A DNA stretch of 63,751 nt, filler included, from Dugesia japonica (GCA_001938525.1; 6 parts of 6 records of this genome joined end to end with filler, not necessarily neighbours in it), one strand, 5' to 3'; counted from the whole stretch's first letter, positions 38,165-53,560 are shown. Made by a program: numbers and translations. Notes: generated by a model not told the origin, from the sequence alone.

Positions 38165-38851
38165 TTAATACCTTTTATCTCTATTTGTATGCTGTTTGTG
38201 CACGACAGAAGATATTATATCAGCAGATGTATTCCTGAGTGTGATCAATCCTGACTGAAGATTGTAACAATTCAAAGAATAATCGGCTAAACTCGAACTG
38301 GAAAAAATAATTTCCTGGGAGTAAAACTCTCCCATTTTTTGTATGATGGAATTAAAACAATTCACTGGCGATGTTCTAGTTTTGAATTCTAAGTTTAATA
38401 ATGATAATTCATTCATTTTCTGTTTAAATAAATGATCATGAAACGATATTTCTTTATGAGAAAACATTAGTTCAATGACAGCAAGCTCAAAATAACCTGA
38501 GATATGCAGTTTTGATTTACATTTTGACAATGAATAATTATTTTCAAAATGATTATCATCAAATAAATTACAAGTTCTATTTAATTGGTCTAATAGATTC
38601 GGTAAATCACATAAATTCGAATCGTCTCTGATATGTTTTAATCTGGTAAGATCTGATGATATGTGATGCTGGAGTTTGCGAATGAAAGAAAACAATTGAG
38701 TTTGGCGAGACTGGATTGCGCGCAATCCATTTGACAATTTGACCATTTGTAAAAACAGTTCAGGATTTACAAATTTCAACACTGCTCTCCATTGGATAAG
38801 AGACGGAATGAGATTATCACAGATGGAATAATTTTGTTTATTTGACTGCAT
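38165..38851 (-). CDS. Uncharacterised 228-codon open frame, possibly a host exon
   Basis: Long stop-free non-repetitive frame in AT-rich DNA; possible splice donor AG|GTATTA near 38170; no recognisable domain. Confidence 0.4.
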   Translation of the reverse strand: MQSNKQNYSICDNLIPSLIQWRAVLKFVNPELFLQMVKLSNGLRAIQSRQTQLFSFIRKLQHHISSDLTRLKHIRDDSNLCDLPNLLDQLNRTCNLFDDNHFENNYSLSKCKSKLHISGYFELAVIELMFSHKEISFHDHLFKQKMNELSLLNLEFKTRTSPVNCFNSIIQKMGEFYSQEIIFSSSSLADYSLNCYNLQSGLITLRNTSADIISSVVHKQHTNRDKRY

Positions 38852-39312
38852 TTTGAATAGATGACTGAAAAATGGAGAAGGTGCTGCTTGTAAATTTGTA
38901 GAAATGTGATATGAGAAGTGACAATATTTGAGGTATTTATTACAAGAACAATTGACCGCTAATAAAATAATATTATTATTAATAATAATAGTGATAATAA
39001 TAATATTAATAATTGTTAAGTGTTGGGCCTACATATCCGTCATTTAAAATTAAATTATTCTCTGCTAACATTTATTAAAATGAAATTATAACAATAAAAT
39101 ATTAAAATATTACTCTTCAGCTAAAATCTCAATTAATCGATAATTACCAAAATTATAAAGGTTTATAAGAATAAATACAATAATCAAAGTTAACTGAATA
39201 CAAAAAGATAATATTAAAAACCTACGTATCCAAAAATTTAAAAATATAAAGTTCAATGCACAATAACGTATTAATACAGTTTCAAATTTCAGAATGAAAA
39301 TAGCCATAATTA

Positions 39313-40390
39313 CACTGCCTGGGGTCCAAATTATTTTCTTAGTTCACAGAAACATTTTATTATGCATCTCAAGACGCTGATCACAAAAATGTATACTTTT
39401 AATAGTTCATCACGTCCGGTTTTTGAGTATTTGGTATTTATANNNNNTTTGGTATTTATAGTAATTTAAATTAATTTATATTAATTAAAAATCATATCAT
39501 TTAAAAATTGCATATTTGAGGTATTTTAAATGAAATGGCACACCGGCGATTCATCAATGACCCAAACCATTTCTGTGTGGGAATATGTTTTCAAAGATTA
39601 AAGGATAAGCATTACACCTGAAATAAAGAACAGATTTAGAACATATTTCAAAATGAAATTAGGTGACCAGGATACGCCTTTTGCTCCTCAAATTGTATGC
39701 AGAAAATGTTCTTAATATATTGTCCATGTTTTCAGCAGGTAAAATAAGTAACTTACCGTTTATTACACCGATGGCTTGGAGAAAGCAAAAATATCTTTAT
39801 GACGATTTCTATTTTTGCCAAACCAGGGTGCCGTGTTTTAAGAAGAGATCAGCGAAGCATATTAATTATCCAGATTTTCTATAAGCAATAAGACCGACAC
39901 CATATAACAAGGATGATGATACTATGGTTACTTATCCATACAGTGATATATCTGCAATGATTATTTAACGCATGATGATAACAATGATGCATGGTAAAAT
40001 GATAATTTCAATCAAATCAGGCAACATCAATTGGATGCCTTTGTTCGTGGACTAGGGTTATTAAAGAAAGATGCTATTAAAGCTGGATTAATGCTAAAGA
40101 GTTTCGGTGTTCTTGCCCATGAAACCAGATTTTACTCGTATAAAGGAAGAGATAAGCGGTATGTTGAGTTTTTTCAAAAAAGTGAACTGTATGGATTTAT
40201 GTACTGTCACGATATTCCAGGTTTGCTGAATAAGTTTAATATAATATCTATTGTCATCACGGATTGGTGACTATTTATTGATGGCAGCACAACTAGTGTA
40301 AAGGCTGTTTTCCTACANAANGAAAACGAATTTCCTGCCATTCCGATTGCGTATTCCAGGGTGGCAGAGGAAAAATATGACAATATGAAA
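39313..40390 (+). mobile_element. Chapaev3-like DNA transposon 5' fragment (pseudogenised)
   Basis: YFKMKLGDQDTPFAPQIVC, LPFITPMAWR..DDFYFC..YPD, MYCHDIPGLL..DW*LFIDGSTTSVKAVFL..PAIPIAYS. CACTG start at ~39313. Confidence 0.7.
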
Positions 40391-43300
40391 TAATAATTAT
40401 TATAATAATTGTTATAATAATAATTACAATAATAATTAATTAATTAATAATAATAATAATTAATAATAGTTATAATAATCATAATTATAATAATAATTAT
40501 AATAATAATAAATAATAATTATTTAATAATTATTAAATAAACTTGCTAAAAATTTCTGCCGAACACAAACCAATATTCAAACAAAGATTGTTTTATATTA
40601 AAACCATCTTTAAAAAAATTTACATAATTATAATCATTAAAAATAATTATAGATTTACAAAATAACAATGAGAATATTCTAAAATACATACACGACTTCT
40701 AATAACAATGATAATTATTCAAGTGTTAATGATAATTAATATAATTTGATAAGTTTATTTAAAAATTAACTTTATTGTGGATTTTTAGTTTCTTTATTTA
40801 TCTAATTATCCGGTGATGGTAAAAATAAATAATTTTTTCATTTTATATATTTCAAATTATAATTGAGATTTATTTCGTATTTATTCATGATGTCATCATT
40901 TGTTATATTTTTGACAGTTGTTGATGCGTGTGCAATATCTGCATTGAATAATCAATCAAATGGTACAATTCATTCATTGGCTACTCTAAAATTTTCTATT
41001 TTATTTCGATTTTCTATGAAACCTTTCAGAGCATATTGATTTGTGTTTAGTCGATTTTATCTATAAGTAAATTAGACTGCCCACCAACACATTTGCAGAA
41101 ATTTGATATTTCCATACCGAATTTTGAGTTGCGCGTTAAATACTACTCTAATGAAGTTAAGAATTCACAACGGAATGACTTGTTTTCTACAGTCAATAAA
41201 TGATGTGATTCTAATAAAAACACAATAGTTTAGAAATTTATTAAATTATTACTATTTATTAACTTGGTTAGTGTAGTCCGTAAATGGACGGTTCTTAAAG
41301 AGGTTTATCTCACAGTTAAAATAATCCATAAATGTCTAAAATGGTCCAGTTAAATCCGGAATGATAAATCTATTGACTGATTTGGGGAATCCCACAGTTG
41401 AATGCAATTTTGCATCAAACGAGAAAAGTTTGAGTTGCGATTTTTACAATTTATTTATTTTTAATTTTTATTTTCAGTTCTTTACTGATATTTGCTTACT
41501 AAATCGGAACTAGTTCTCGCCTGAGAGAAAAATTTGGCGTAGAAGAGATACGAGAAAAATTAAATATTGGCAAAACATTTGTGTTGATAAGATAATTTTT
41601 GTAAAATAAGTAACAATTAAAGTGATTATGAAATAAGTAGACTCCTACACACTAGCACAGCGTGGTTTAGTTTGATTGTTTACTGATTAATCATGGTAAA
41701 CAAATCTGTCTAGAATTTATAAATCGAGTTGTGTAAGAACGGTATTGCAAATGGTTAAATGGATGAACTCGCCGTTTTATCTGGATCTTCTTCATTATCT
41801 AATGTTTTCATCCTTTCCTTTAAATACATCAAACAAGAACTGCTTTACTAATAACAATTCAGAATATGCTGTCACCAAACATTTACTAAAGCTTGTTCAA
41901 GAAGTAACAAAAACAATTATCAATGATTACCAAACTAAGTACAAAATGGTCATTAAAACTTATATTATACTAATAATTAGTAACTTAAATGTAGATATTT
42001 CACAAGCCAACTACAACAATTACAAAACAAATCTGTAAATCCTTCCCCTCTGATAATTAATCTCCATATAATGCATTATCTTCACAGATATACAAGGTGA
42101 TTTCTTTGTGGATCATTCATAGGAACAATGCTTACATAACTAATGGTTACAATAGTTACATAAGCTGATAAAATCTCATCATGTAACACTATCAAAATTG
42201 TTTTTATTTAGAGTTTATTTCAATAAAACAAATTTTTAACAATAATTTAATTGGATGGAAATTGACTTTTTACTATTTTTCGGTATTTTAATGGGATTTT
42301 GCCGTATCATTCAAGGTAAATAGAAATGTGTGTATCAGTTTTCATAAAGTGAGCGGGATGCCAGGATTGATAGATTTATGATCCTGAAATCATGGGATGC
42401 AATAAACGTCACTACTTTCAATATATACTGCTGATTATGTTATTTGGTTGGTTAGAACGACATCAAGATATGAGTGGAGGTATTAAATGAAATTTTATCG
42501 ATTTTTGTTTTGTAAATTTGACATAAAAACATAAATTTCTTTACAACCGAAATAAAATCTTTCTACCTGAATATTCAATACATTTCGAGCGACATTCATC
42601 GAATATCCGAAGATCACAAAGTGAATCATCTCCTATCTAAACAAAGAAATATTATTATTTAATGAAATAAATCCTCTATTTTCATTTATTACAATAATTT
42701 TTGTAAATTATTTATTAGAAAATATTTAAGAAATTTATTTATCGATTTTCAATAATTTTCTTATTTTAATATTTATTTCATTGTTTTACTGCACAAATAA
42801 ATTATTAATTACAATTTGAATTTTTAGCTAGAAATATCCAATCTGCCGATAAATTTTGGAAATTTTTAGAAAATGAAACATGATAAAATTGGAAATTTTG
42901 ATTGATTATTTTATTTTGTAACAATACGTAACACGAAATAATATTTATCAAATGATTTTCTTTACAGATCGCTGATAGAATCTAATTGATTTCAACAAAT
43001 ATTTCACATCTCAACAGATTTCATTGTCAGATTTCGTAAAATAAAATTATGTCAGACGATAATCCGAGAATTATGTCTATTGATATTGTGCTAACATAAT
43101 TGATTTACATCTTGGCTATATAATCATGAGAATTTACTGTTCCATACCACGCTATTTTACTAATTATTAGACCTTGCNNNNNNNNNNNNNNNNNNNNNNN
43201 NNNNNNNNNNNNNNNNNNNNNNNNNNNNNNNNNNNNNNNNNNNNNNNNNNNNNNNNNNNNNNNNNNNNNNNNNNNNNNNNNNNNNNNNNNNNNNNNNNNN

Positions 43301-44178
43301 NNNNNNNNNNNNNNNNNNNNNNNNNNNNNNNNNNNNNNNNNNNNNNNNNNNNNNNNNNNNNNNNNNNNNNNNNNNNNNNNNNNNNNNNNNNNNNNNNNNN
43401 NNNNNNNNNNNNNNNNNNNNNNNNNNNNNNNNNNNNNNNNNNNNNNNNNNNNNNNNNNNNNNNNNNNNNNNNNNNNNNNNNNNNNNNNNNNNNNNTACCT
43501 ACATTATTATTTTGTAAATTCTTGGGGCATATAATATATCTTCAACAAATTAATTCTAGGAAAACAAAAAACACAAATTATGCACCCCAAAGAATATATC
43601 TTTGCAAAATTTATTTTTAGTAAATTTGGTGACTTCGTAAATTTATAAAAATTGAAACTTGAAATTACTGAGATTTTGTAGACATATTTATTTCAAAACG
43701 CATATTTATGAGAACAATGAGAGTCTAACTAAAGGTTGGTTATAACTTCATTTAAAATATTCTATCTGAGCAATAAGATATTGCGATATGAATTTATCCG
43801 AGAGATTTGCCAATGTGAGAAAATATTAAAACTCAAAAATATAATTAATAATTAATATAAAAAATTATACACTAAACACTGTTTATGTGTGGTATCTGAA
43901 AATTTCATATATTCATTTACTGCGGAAAAACAGGTTTGAGTGTATATCAATTATGATTTGTGAAAATTTTTGGAATATTCGTGCTAGAACTTTTAATAAA
44001 CACACATGTGGACGATGTTTAGCAAACAGCATAACATTGCATATATTTTTGTATTTATTATGTTTTCAATATTCAGTATAAATAGTAAAGAATGATGTAT
44101 AATACAATTCAAAATGTAGTTATTCTGGAAGAACAAAAAATAAGAAAATACAACCAATCGCTAATACTTATAATGCAT

Positions 44179-44630
44179 CATGATTCATTCAATTGATAAT
44201 ATTGATTATGCAACATGATTCATTCAATTGATTATACTGATTATGCAACATGATTCATTCAATTGATTATACTGATTATGTAACATGATTCAATCAACTG
44301 ATTATACTGATTATGCAAGATGATTCATTCAATGGATTATACTGATTATGCACCATGATTCATTCAATTGATTAAATTAATTATTCATCATGATTCATTC
44401 AATTGATTATACTGATTATGCAACATGATTCATTCAATTGATTATACTGATTATGTAACATGATTCAATCAACTGATTATACTGATTATGCAAGATGATT
44501 CATTCAATTGATTATACTGATTATGCAACATGATTCATTCAATTGATTATACTGATTATGCACCATGATTCATTCAATTGATTAAATTAATTATTCATCA
44601 TGATTCATTCAATTGATTCAATTGATTATA
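44179..44630. repeat. 35-bp minisatellite, ~13 units (CATGATTCATTCAATTGATTATACTGATTATGCAA)
   Basis: Units begin every 35 nt from 44179 to 44599. Confidence 0.95.
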
Positions 44631-46176
44631 TTCTATTTAAGTCTTACGCTGAAAACCTAATTCAAATAGTAGTTCATCCTTTTTCTATATTAATATCGCA
44701 TTTAAACAAATTTTAAATTTATAATTCTGGCAGAATTGTATTTAGTCGAGCTCCCTGGAGTAAATGCTACCATAAATTATCAGTGGAATGTTTAAGCTGG
44801 ACACATTAAACGAATTTTATTTGATATTTTATCAGGCACATCAGTGAAAACATGAAAATATTTGTCAACTATTTTGGATTTTTATTTTGCGATTTGTTAG
44901 TTTTTGTAAAATTGAAATATAATTTGTAAATATAATTATAATATATTATTGGGAAATATAAATTAGGGCTTTATTTTGTGGATTGTTGAAAGAGAATCAG
45001 ATGAAAATTTAGTCGAACAGAAACACGAACTGTTCCACCTGACAAAACAGAAGACAGCTGTTATTTATTGGAACGCTAGTTGATATTTGTTTAAATATAA
45101 TAGAATGCGTGAAACTGCAGAATAAACTCGATACGCTGGATTTCTGTCCGAAATAACACATTTCTGTTATTTGACAAGCAATTTTTTACCAAATCATTAA
45201 AACAAAATGTATAAAATAAATTTCTATTTTGTGATTATATTTTATCTGAATTGATGCTTTTCAATTTTATATTTTTATGTGTTTTACAGTTTGCATTTAC
45301 TTTTATCATCGTCTACCTTTACTTTTTATCATACCCTACAACTGATTTCAATGAATCCTTAACTGTGATAGCAGTTGACATCTCCTATATTGTTAAAGAA
45401 TGAAAAATAAGAATTTATTTGGGTAAATTTTATTAATAATCACAATAACATTAACATAAATCTTCGGCAAATCTGCAATTTCATGCAAAACAGAAACTAT
45501 ATTTAGAGTATATTTTACGCACACGTACATATTGACTTTTCAAAATTCACACAAAAAAATATTACAACAACAAATAAAATCTTAGCATACTCAATGTTGA
45601 CTTTTAAAAAAGTCCTCCAATGAAATACTCTGTCAAATAAAATTCATAAAGCAAATTTCTAATCAAATGATTTGGTCACATCGAAATAACATTGGTCGCA
45701 CATCAACTTTTGAATTTTCGCTATCAACAGAGGGTTTGGGATCGAATCCCTTAAANNNNNNNNNNNNNNNNNNNNNNNNNNNNNNNNNNNNNNNNNNNNT
45801 TAATTAATTAANNNNNNNNNNNNNNNNNNNNNNNNNNNNNNNNNNNNNNNNNNNNCATGTTTGAATGTTTTCATATTATGTTTGAATGTTACATGTCACA
45901 TTTTTATGTTTTCATATTATGTTTGTTTCTTTAATATCAAAATTAGATATGTTTTCATGTGAAATATTGCATTTTACATTTTATGTTTGTATCTTACATG
46001 TCACATTTGTTTCTTTAATATCAAAATTAGATATGTTTTTATGCAAAATATTACATTTTTTATGCAAAATATTACATTTTACATTTTACACCAAAATTTG
46101 ACCTAACTGTGGGCTAATTTAAGGTCTTTTCTCACTACTCATATTGTATGTAAAATGTTAAATTATTATTAAATTA

Positions 46177-46238
<62 letters not shown>

Positions 46239-48149
46239 TATGAATATGATTTATCCAATACACAATTTAAGTACTACTACAATTTATTAAAACGTTTTGT
46301 TTCAAACATTTGTATAATTAATTAATTAATCTTATTAATAACGCAATTGGATACAAATGTAAATATAAATATGGCTGTGTTTGTGTTGTCATTTATATTT
46401 AGCAATAAATTGGATTTTTTTTCCTTGTATTATAAATCAGAAAATGTCATTTGAAATACAAAGCAAATAATATTTTATATTTCTCATTAATAAGTAATGA
46501 CTCCAAACAAATATTTATCGTGTTATCATGTCACATTTTTATTGATTAATTATAATATAATATAAACTGAAATCTTCACCAGAAAATCTTGGCACATTTG
46601 TTTGTATTTTAATTTTGATTTTTTTATTAAATTTAAATAATTTAAAAATCCAAAAAGATTTAACCAAATAATCTAATTATAAAAATAAATTTTATGTTGT
46701 TGAGCAAAACATCATTCAATACTAGATTTTTACAATTTATATTAAATAATATTAAAAGTTTTTAACTTTTTGTAAAGAAGTCTATGAATTATAACGTCAC
46801 ACAAATTTTAGGTAACAATTATCCCCACCCTCCCTCGTGGCAATTCTATTCATCCCCTTTAAAACGATACCATATTCGTCCGACTTCTCTCTCCATACAT
46901 GCTATTGCTGGTCAAAGGTATGCTGCTAGATATTCTATTTTTTCATAATTCCTTTCTTTAAAATTCTTTTGACCAAGAAATGTTTGAAAATTTCATATTT
47001 GCAAATGCAGGTAAATAGAAATAGAAGTATCAAAGATGCGATTTAATAACATTGTTGCACAGTTAATTTGGCTGCTGAAGCTGATCTGAAATTAGTCTTA
47101 ATTTGGAATTTTTTGAATCCACTGCACAAACAAACAAAAAATATGATAAAAAAAGTAAAAATTATAAATATAAATATAAAAAAAATATGTATTTACATGT
47201 CTAAAAAATTCATAAAAGTTCCTGGTAAACTATTTTAAAATCAAGAAATATGATTTTGAATAAAGATAATTTATTTGTTCGCAAGTTAAACTACCAAAAT
47301 ACTGCAAATATTGTCAATTATTGTATACAGTTCTCTTGGAGTTGCTACGATATCAAAATGTGAGTAAATGAAATATTGCGTTTAGGAAACACCAAACCTG
47401 TTAATTCTATTTCATTAAAATAAAGAAAAAAAAATGTATCGATCAAAAAAAATGTATTTTTATAGAAATTCAAATTTTCGACATTTGTCTTCTTCAGGAA
47501 CATGATGGTGACTTTTTGATAGATTCAAACGATAATAGATCTTTGTTACAAAATTCTTTATATTTTATCAAAATTTTATTGGTCTAAAATTATTATCTAA
47601 TTATTATTATTTAATTATCTATAAAATTATATTAGTTTTTTTTCTGGGGTACTTTCTAATATCTATGATTACACCGAGTTTTCATTCAAATCCACTTCTT
47701 ATATCAAGATACACTGATAAGATAGTAACATGATATTTTTTAGGTTTAAACAAAAAGTTGTAAAAAACGATTGAAACTTCTGTGCACTTTCGTCTCTGCT
47801 TTGCTGGTACTTTTAAACCACCATTTGTTTGTTGAAGAAGTTGAAGAAACCTGTAAGACACCAAAAAAAGAGAATGAATTTCTTGGATTACTGCAGTGCT
47901 TGCCATACTTGCATTTCACAATTTGTGTTAGATATTGGCTTGAATTTACATGTACATCCCACCATTTTTTATCTTTGCTAATCTTGTCGTCATCAATAAG
48001 TTCCGAATCTGCTGATTCAACATATCGACTAACATTTGAATAGCCAACAATAACCATTTCTGATCATATTTCAATTTAGGTTCAATTGGATTCAATTTGG
48101 GTTAGCTACTGCACTGGCAACGTATCAAAGGTTGATGCTTGATATGTTG

Positions 48150-49750
48150 GCAGGGGTAATTTTTAAAAGTGTCATCGTATATCTAGATGATATATTAGTG
48201 AATGGAAGGACATTTGAAGATCATAATGAAATTTTGAAAGAAGCTGAATAAGAGAATCAGGATTGTGAATAAATCCAAAAAAATGTAAATTTTATCAAAA
48301 TCAACTGGTCTTTTTGGTACACTCAAAAAGTGCAGAAGGAGTAAAAACAAACAATACTAAGATAAAGGAAAAAAATGCCAAAGAACCAAAATGTTCATCT
48401 AAACTCAGGTCTTTTCTTGGTTTAACGAATTCCTACTGACGTTTTATCAAGGATTACGCCAGAATTGCAACACAGTTATATGAAGCTATTTCAGGATGCG
48501 ACAAAACCTTGATATGGACAGAAGCATACAGAAAAACTTTGAAAACTTAAAAGACAAGTTATGTAATGCACCAAAAGAAAATAGAATGTTTATCCTGGAT
48601 ACAGATGCTAGTTTCGGAGCTATTAGTGCAGTGTGGAGTCAAAGAACAGAAGATAGTGTAAAGGTGGTGATAGCATATAGATCCGGGCACCTCACTGTTT
48701 GCGAAAAGAGCTACTGCGGTACAAAAAATTAATTTCTGGCATTACATGAATGTGGTACATTTCAAGCAATATCAATATAGAAAGAGATTTTTAGCAAGAA
48801 AAGATTACAAAGCACTGATATTTATGAATAACACAAAAAATTCAATAAGCCCACATTTTCAGACGTGGATGGAAAATCTGGGAGAATATGATTTTGAGTT
48901 GAAATATCAAAAAGCGAGAGAACAACAACAAATCTGATGGATTATCGTGAATAAATGAGTGTCTATGCTTACAATGCCAAACAGTTAATTTGGATGCCAA
49001 GAAAGAAAAATCAAGAGTAAAATATATTAATTGCATACAACAGATTGAAAACAGCATTGAAAAAATTAGGAATACACAGAAAGATGATCAAATAATACAA
49101 AGTATTCAAATCATGCAAAACGAAGTACGACTAACAGAAAATATCATGGATAAACTTGATTGCGAATTGAAAATTGATGATGGATTATTAGTCGTAGAAA
49201 GAGAAAATAAAAATTTGATAATGATATCAAATAGTATAACCAACGAAATAATCAGACATATTCATGAAGAATTATGTCATTTAGAAATAAAGAAGATATT
49301 TTCATATTTAGAGAATAATTATTACTGGCCTGCAATGATAGAGACTATTAAAAATAACTTGAATAAATGTGTGATTTGTGCAAAAAGGAAAATTGTTCAA
49401 GGAAGAACGAAAGAGTTGCTGTTACCTAGAAAGTGTCAAGATATTTTTGAACAAATTGTAATAAGTATTGCTCAAATAGAACCAGTTGCATCAGGAAAAA
49501 AGTATATAGTGGTGATTATCGGTTTAGCAAACTGGTCAATGGAAGAAACACTTACAAAAAGATAATTTCATGTGGGAGACGAAGTATTGATAAAACTAGA
49601 AACTAGAACAAAAGACAATTAAAGATACGCTGATCAATATAAGATTACGGAGAAAGTACATGAGAGAAAATATCGTATACAAAATGAAAATGGAAAAGAG
49701 CTAGAAAGAAACGTAAAAAAGCTTATAAAATTCTTTTAATCGCGAAGATG
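48150..49750 (+). pseudogene. Ty3/gypsy pol remnant (RT-RNase H-integrase)
   Basis: YLDDILV, FILDTDASFGAISAVWSQ, integrase Zn-binding HEELCH..YYWP..CVIC; integrase core deleted. Confidence 0.85.
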
Positions 49751-50199
49751 TAAGGATTAAAAATTGAAAATTGCAATTTAAAGTTTAAAGAAGAAAATGT
49801 TAAAAAAGATTTCAAGAAATTTTTGAAATATTTAAAAAACATTGTTTAAATATTCATAATTAAATATAAATATAATATTTTTTTAATGCTAAAATTAATG
49901 TACAAAAATAAACGAAATAAAAATGCTTTAAAACAAATATTATTTCATGATCAACCAGATTAACATAATTTCAACAAATCTAGTGGAATTGAATTGGTTA
50001 AATTTTCGAAATATCTACCTGATCAAATGTGCTTCGATGATTTTTCTACTAAAGAAAACTCTTTGAAATTAAATTACCGTCTGAGATTCTGTTACATTTG
50101 ATTCTAGTTTTACATTGAAAATATCTTTGAAATTAAATTTAGTTATTTTCAAAAGAATGAAAATATTCGGCAAAGTTTTCTCTACCATAATGTTGTTAA

Positions 50200-50263
<64 letters not shown>

Positions 50264-51499
50264 NNNNNNNNNNNNNNNNNNNNNNNNNNNNNNNNNNNNN
50301 NNNNNNNNNNNNNTTATTATTATTGTTATTATTATTATTATTAATTTTTCATTATTATTAACTTAATTTCTGCAGTTTTTGAATCAAATACTCTATGAAT
50401 GACAGTGAATTTTAAATATATCATCGTTGATAATATGTTTTCTTACATCGTATTAGTGAGCAAATTCTTCAATTTAACTTAGCGCACTGAGCCATCCCCC
50501 CACCAGCAAAGTGGTTAACGATTTCGTTTGCTGAAAAATTTTTAAACTGACTAACAATTTCATTGGTTGAATTTATTTAGAAAATTCTTTTCAATTTCAG
50601 TTCAAAATTGTCGAAAAATAGCTCGGTAAACTTTCAAAATTTTGGTTTATAAGTTTTTTGGTCAGATTTTATCGTATGATTCTTTTTTTGCATTGATCGT
50701 CTTAGAATTGAAAGGTGAACTTTTTTTTTTATGCTTGGTTCCTTGGGAAAGGACGCTGGTGCACGGAACACTTTGACTTGTTTTTTGAACTTTCTCAACC
50801 AAATCTTATTGAATCGCTTTGTAAATGGTACTATTCAATTTATTATAACATTTTGAACATATTTTGTATAGGGTTTGCTGTATAAATATGCTTGTTTCAA
50901 AATATTGAAAATTTCCGGTTACCATGCCCATCTTGGATAAAAGAAAATATTTGCTCTAGAAATACATATGATAATCAAACAAATTTAGCATACCTTATTT
51001 CAGATGTATGTGGCATTTCAATCATTACACTCATATTTATAAATAGGATTAGAAGGCAATCCATAAGGAGTCTTACACTTATTACTGAACGCAATTAAAA
51101 GACCGAGACACAATCTTAAAATTTGGAAGAATATTTTAGCAACCCAGTTTTAAAATCTTTAAAGCCTGTGAATACGGAATATTAAAAAACATAACAAAGT
51201 TTATCGATTTTATTAGATTAGATTTTAATAAAATTTTCATAATTTAAATTATTATTCGTTTTAGGTATAATTTTATCAATCGTTTCTTACGTTAATATTC
51301 CTAAAATTGATTTAGAATATCCATTTTTATTTAACAAAACACTCAAAACTTGTATCCAATTATTTAAAATTGTAACCCAATTTCAGTATTAGAAAATGAA
51401 TTGATAAATTTCAATTCCAATCAAAAATCGAGTCATTTTTTACCTTTTATTTGATTAAATGTTCTAGTTATTATGATTTCTATTTGGGGAATTTAAAAC

Positions 51500-52291
51500 A
51501 TGATTTTATAAAATATTAAAAATTCTTTCAAGAAAGCTTATTAAAATTTGTAAATTTGATAAGGGTAATGGTCTTGTTATACTAAATGACTTTGATTATA
51601 TAAACAAAGTCGAGAATGTTTTAAAAGGACATGAATTTAGTAAAATAGATAAATTCAGAAAAAATGGCAAATTACCTCCTATAAAAGATGAAGAATTTTT
51701 AAATTATTTACTTACGCAATTAATTTATGAAAATCATCTTAATGTTGAGTAGTAAAAACTTCTTAACTCTGTTGGTTCTCAGCGAGCGAAGTTATATGGT
51801 CTTCCGAAAGTTAAGAAAATTATCCAATGAAACTTGTTTTATCTATNATTAACATGGCTCAGTACAAAGTTGCTAAATTTTTTGATCAAATAATTAAATC
51901 GTTAATTTCCTCTAAATATGAATGTACGGATAGTTTTGAATGTTGAAGTTTCATTTATAACCTCGATTTTACCAATGCAATAGATTGCGTGATGTATTTT
52001 GATATTGTGAATTTATTTACTAATGTTCCGTTAAATGAAATTATAAATCAGTGTTGGGAATTGTGGGAAAGTAATTTGGTGGAACATTGTATGGTAAACG
52101 TCACAGGATTTAGAAAACTGTTGACCTTTGGTACTTCATATATTCTTTTTCTGTTAAATGATGAATGGTATAAGCAAATCGATAGAGTTGCTATGGGTTC
52201 AACTCTTGCGCCTACTCTTGCTTCATTATTTCTTTCAAATATTGAAAATAAGATTGAGTTATTTGTATATGTGGTTACAGTTTTCAAATAA
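51500..52291 (+). pseudogene. Penelope-like reverse transcriptase remnant
   Basis: KFDKGNGLVILN, LYGLPKV, FDIVNLFTNVPLNE, WYKQIDRVAMGSTLAPTLASLFL. Confidence 0.85.
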
Positions 52292-52582
52292 CTTAATGAA
52301 ATTGGTGTATAAATGATTGGACTTGATNAATTGATAATTGTATATGAATTGGAGAAATTAGTAATAAGTCAAATAATTTACTTGAATAAATTTGATTCAA
52401 TCAGATACTGTCATAAAATACTACATGTCTATCGTTTAATTGTAACATATTAGGTTTTTGTATCATATAAGGTTTATCAGTGCTTGTTTCATGTCTGCGA
52501 AAGCTTTCTCACATCCATCTGACCATATTAGTTTGCTGCTGTTGCTTGCACATAATTCTTCTAGGGTTTTTGATTTCTTTGA

Positions 52583-52617
<35 letters not shown>

Positions 52618-52829
52618 TATATTTAAAAACAGTATATTAAATTAAAGTTATTTTTCAATTAAATTTTCATAAAAATTAACAATCTTCTTTCAGAATTCAT
52701 TTAAAATAAAAGCTTCGATCAAAGGTTTTGACTTTTTTATTGATATTTGATAAAAATTCGATATTTCGACTTAGTCTTCTTCAGAAATTGACTTTTCCAT
52801 TCCTGGTAAAAAATTAAAAATATTATTCT

Positions 52830-53560
52830 ATCAGTGCTTGTTTCATTTCTGCAAAAGCTTTCTCTCATCCATCTGAACATATTTGTTTGGCGCTGTTGCT
52901 TCAACATAATTCTTCAAGGGATCTTGATTTTTCTGAACAATTTTTAATAAATCTTCTGTAATAATTCATAATCCAAGGAAGCTTCTCAGACTCTTTAAAC
53001 ATTTGGATTTCTCAAATTTCTTGATAGCTTCAACCTTCAATGGATCCATTCGAATTTCTTCTTTAAATATTATGTAACCAAAAAATTTCACTTCTTTGCA
53101 TAATAGATTACATTTTACTGGATTCACTTGCAGCCCTGCCTCTTGGATCCGCTCTAATACCTGACATAGAGTTATAAAATGATCTTTTAGTCCTTCTGAG
53201 AATGCTATTATGTTATCCATATACATCAATGCTCCATACACACCTTCCAATACTTTCGTCATAAGTTCTTGGAATGTTTTTGGGGTTGTTGCTATGCTAA
53301 TTGGCATTCTTATAAAGCAGTTTTGACCATTTTTTGTCGAAAAGGCTGTTTTCTCTTGTGACTCTTTTTCTAATGGTACCTGGTAATACGCGTTTCCAAA
53401 TTTTATGGTACTGAAAAATTTGGTCCCATACAAATTGTCTAACATTTCTTAAACGTTTAGCATCATGAAAACTCTGTCGTTCCGTAACTGCGTTCAGTTT
53501 CTTGAAGTCCAAGCAAAGTCTCACATCATTTCTTTCTTTCTTCCAGACGCATATTAGTGG
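52830..53560 (-). pseudogene. Ty3/gypsy reverse transcriptase remnant
   Basis: RLCLDFKKLN, NAYYQVPL..KTAFST, YMDN (YxDD degenerate), LRSFLGL. Confidence 0.85.

Noticed and set aside
44179-44630. CRISPR-like array (35-bp period)
   Set aside because: Head-to-tail tandem units with no unique spacers; eukaryotic context; no cas genes
47682-48057. Fragment WDVHVNSSQYLTQIVKC resembling TE-associated proteins
   Set aside because: Family could not be assigned with confidence; short and frameshifted
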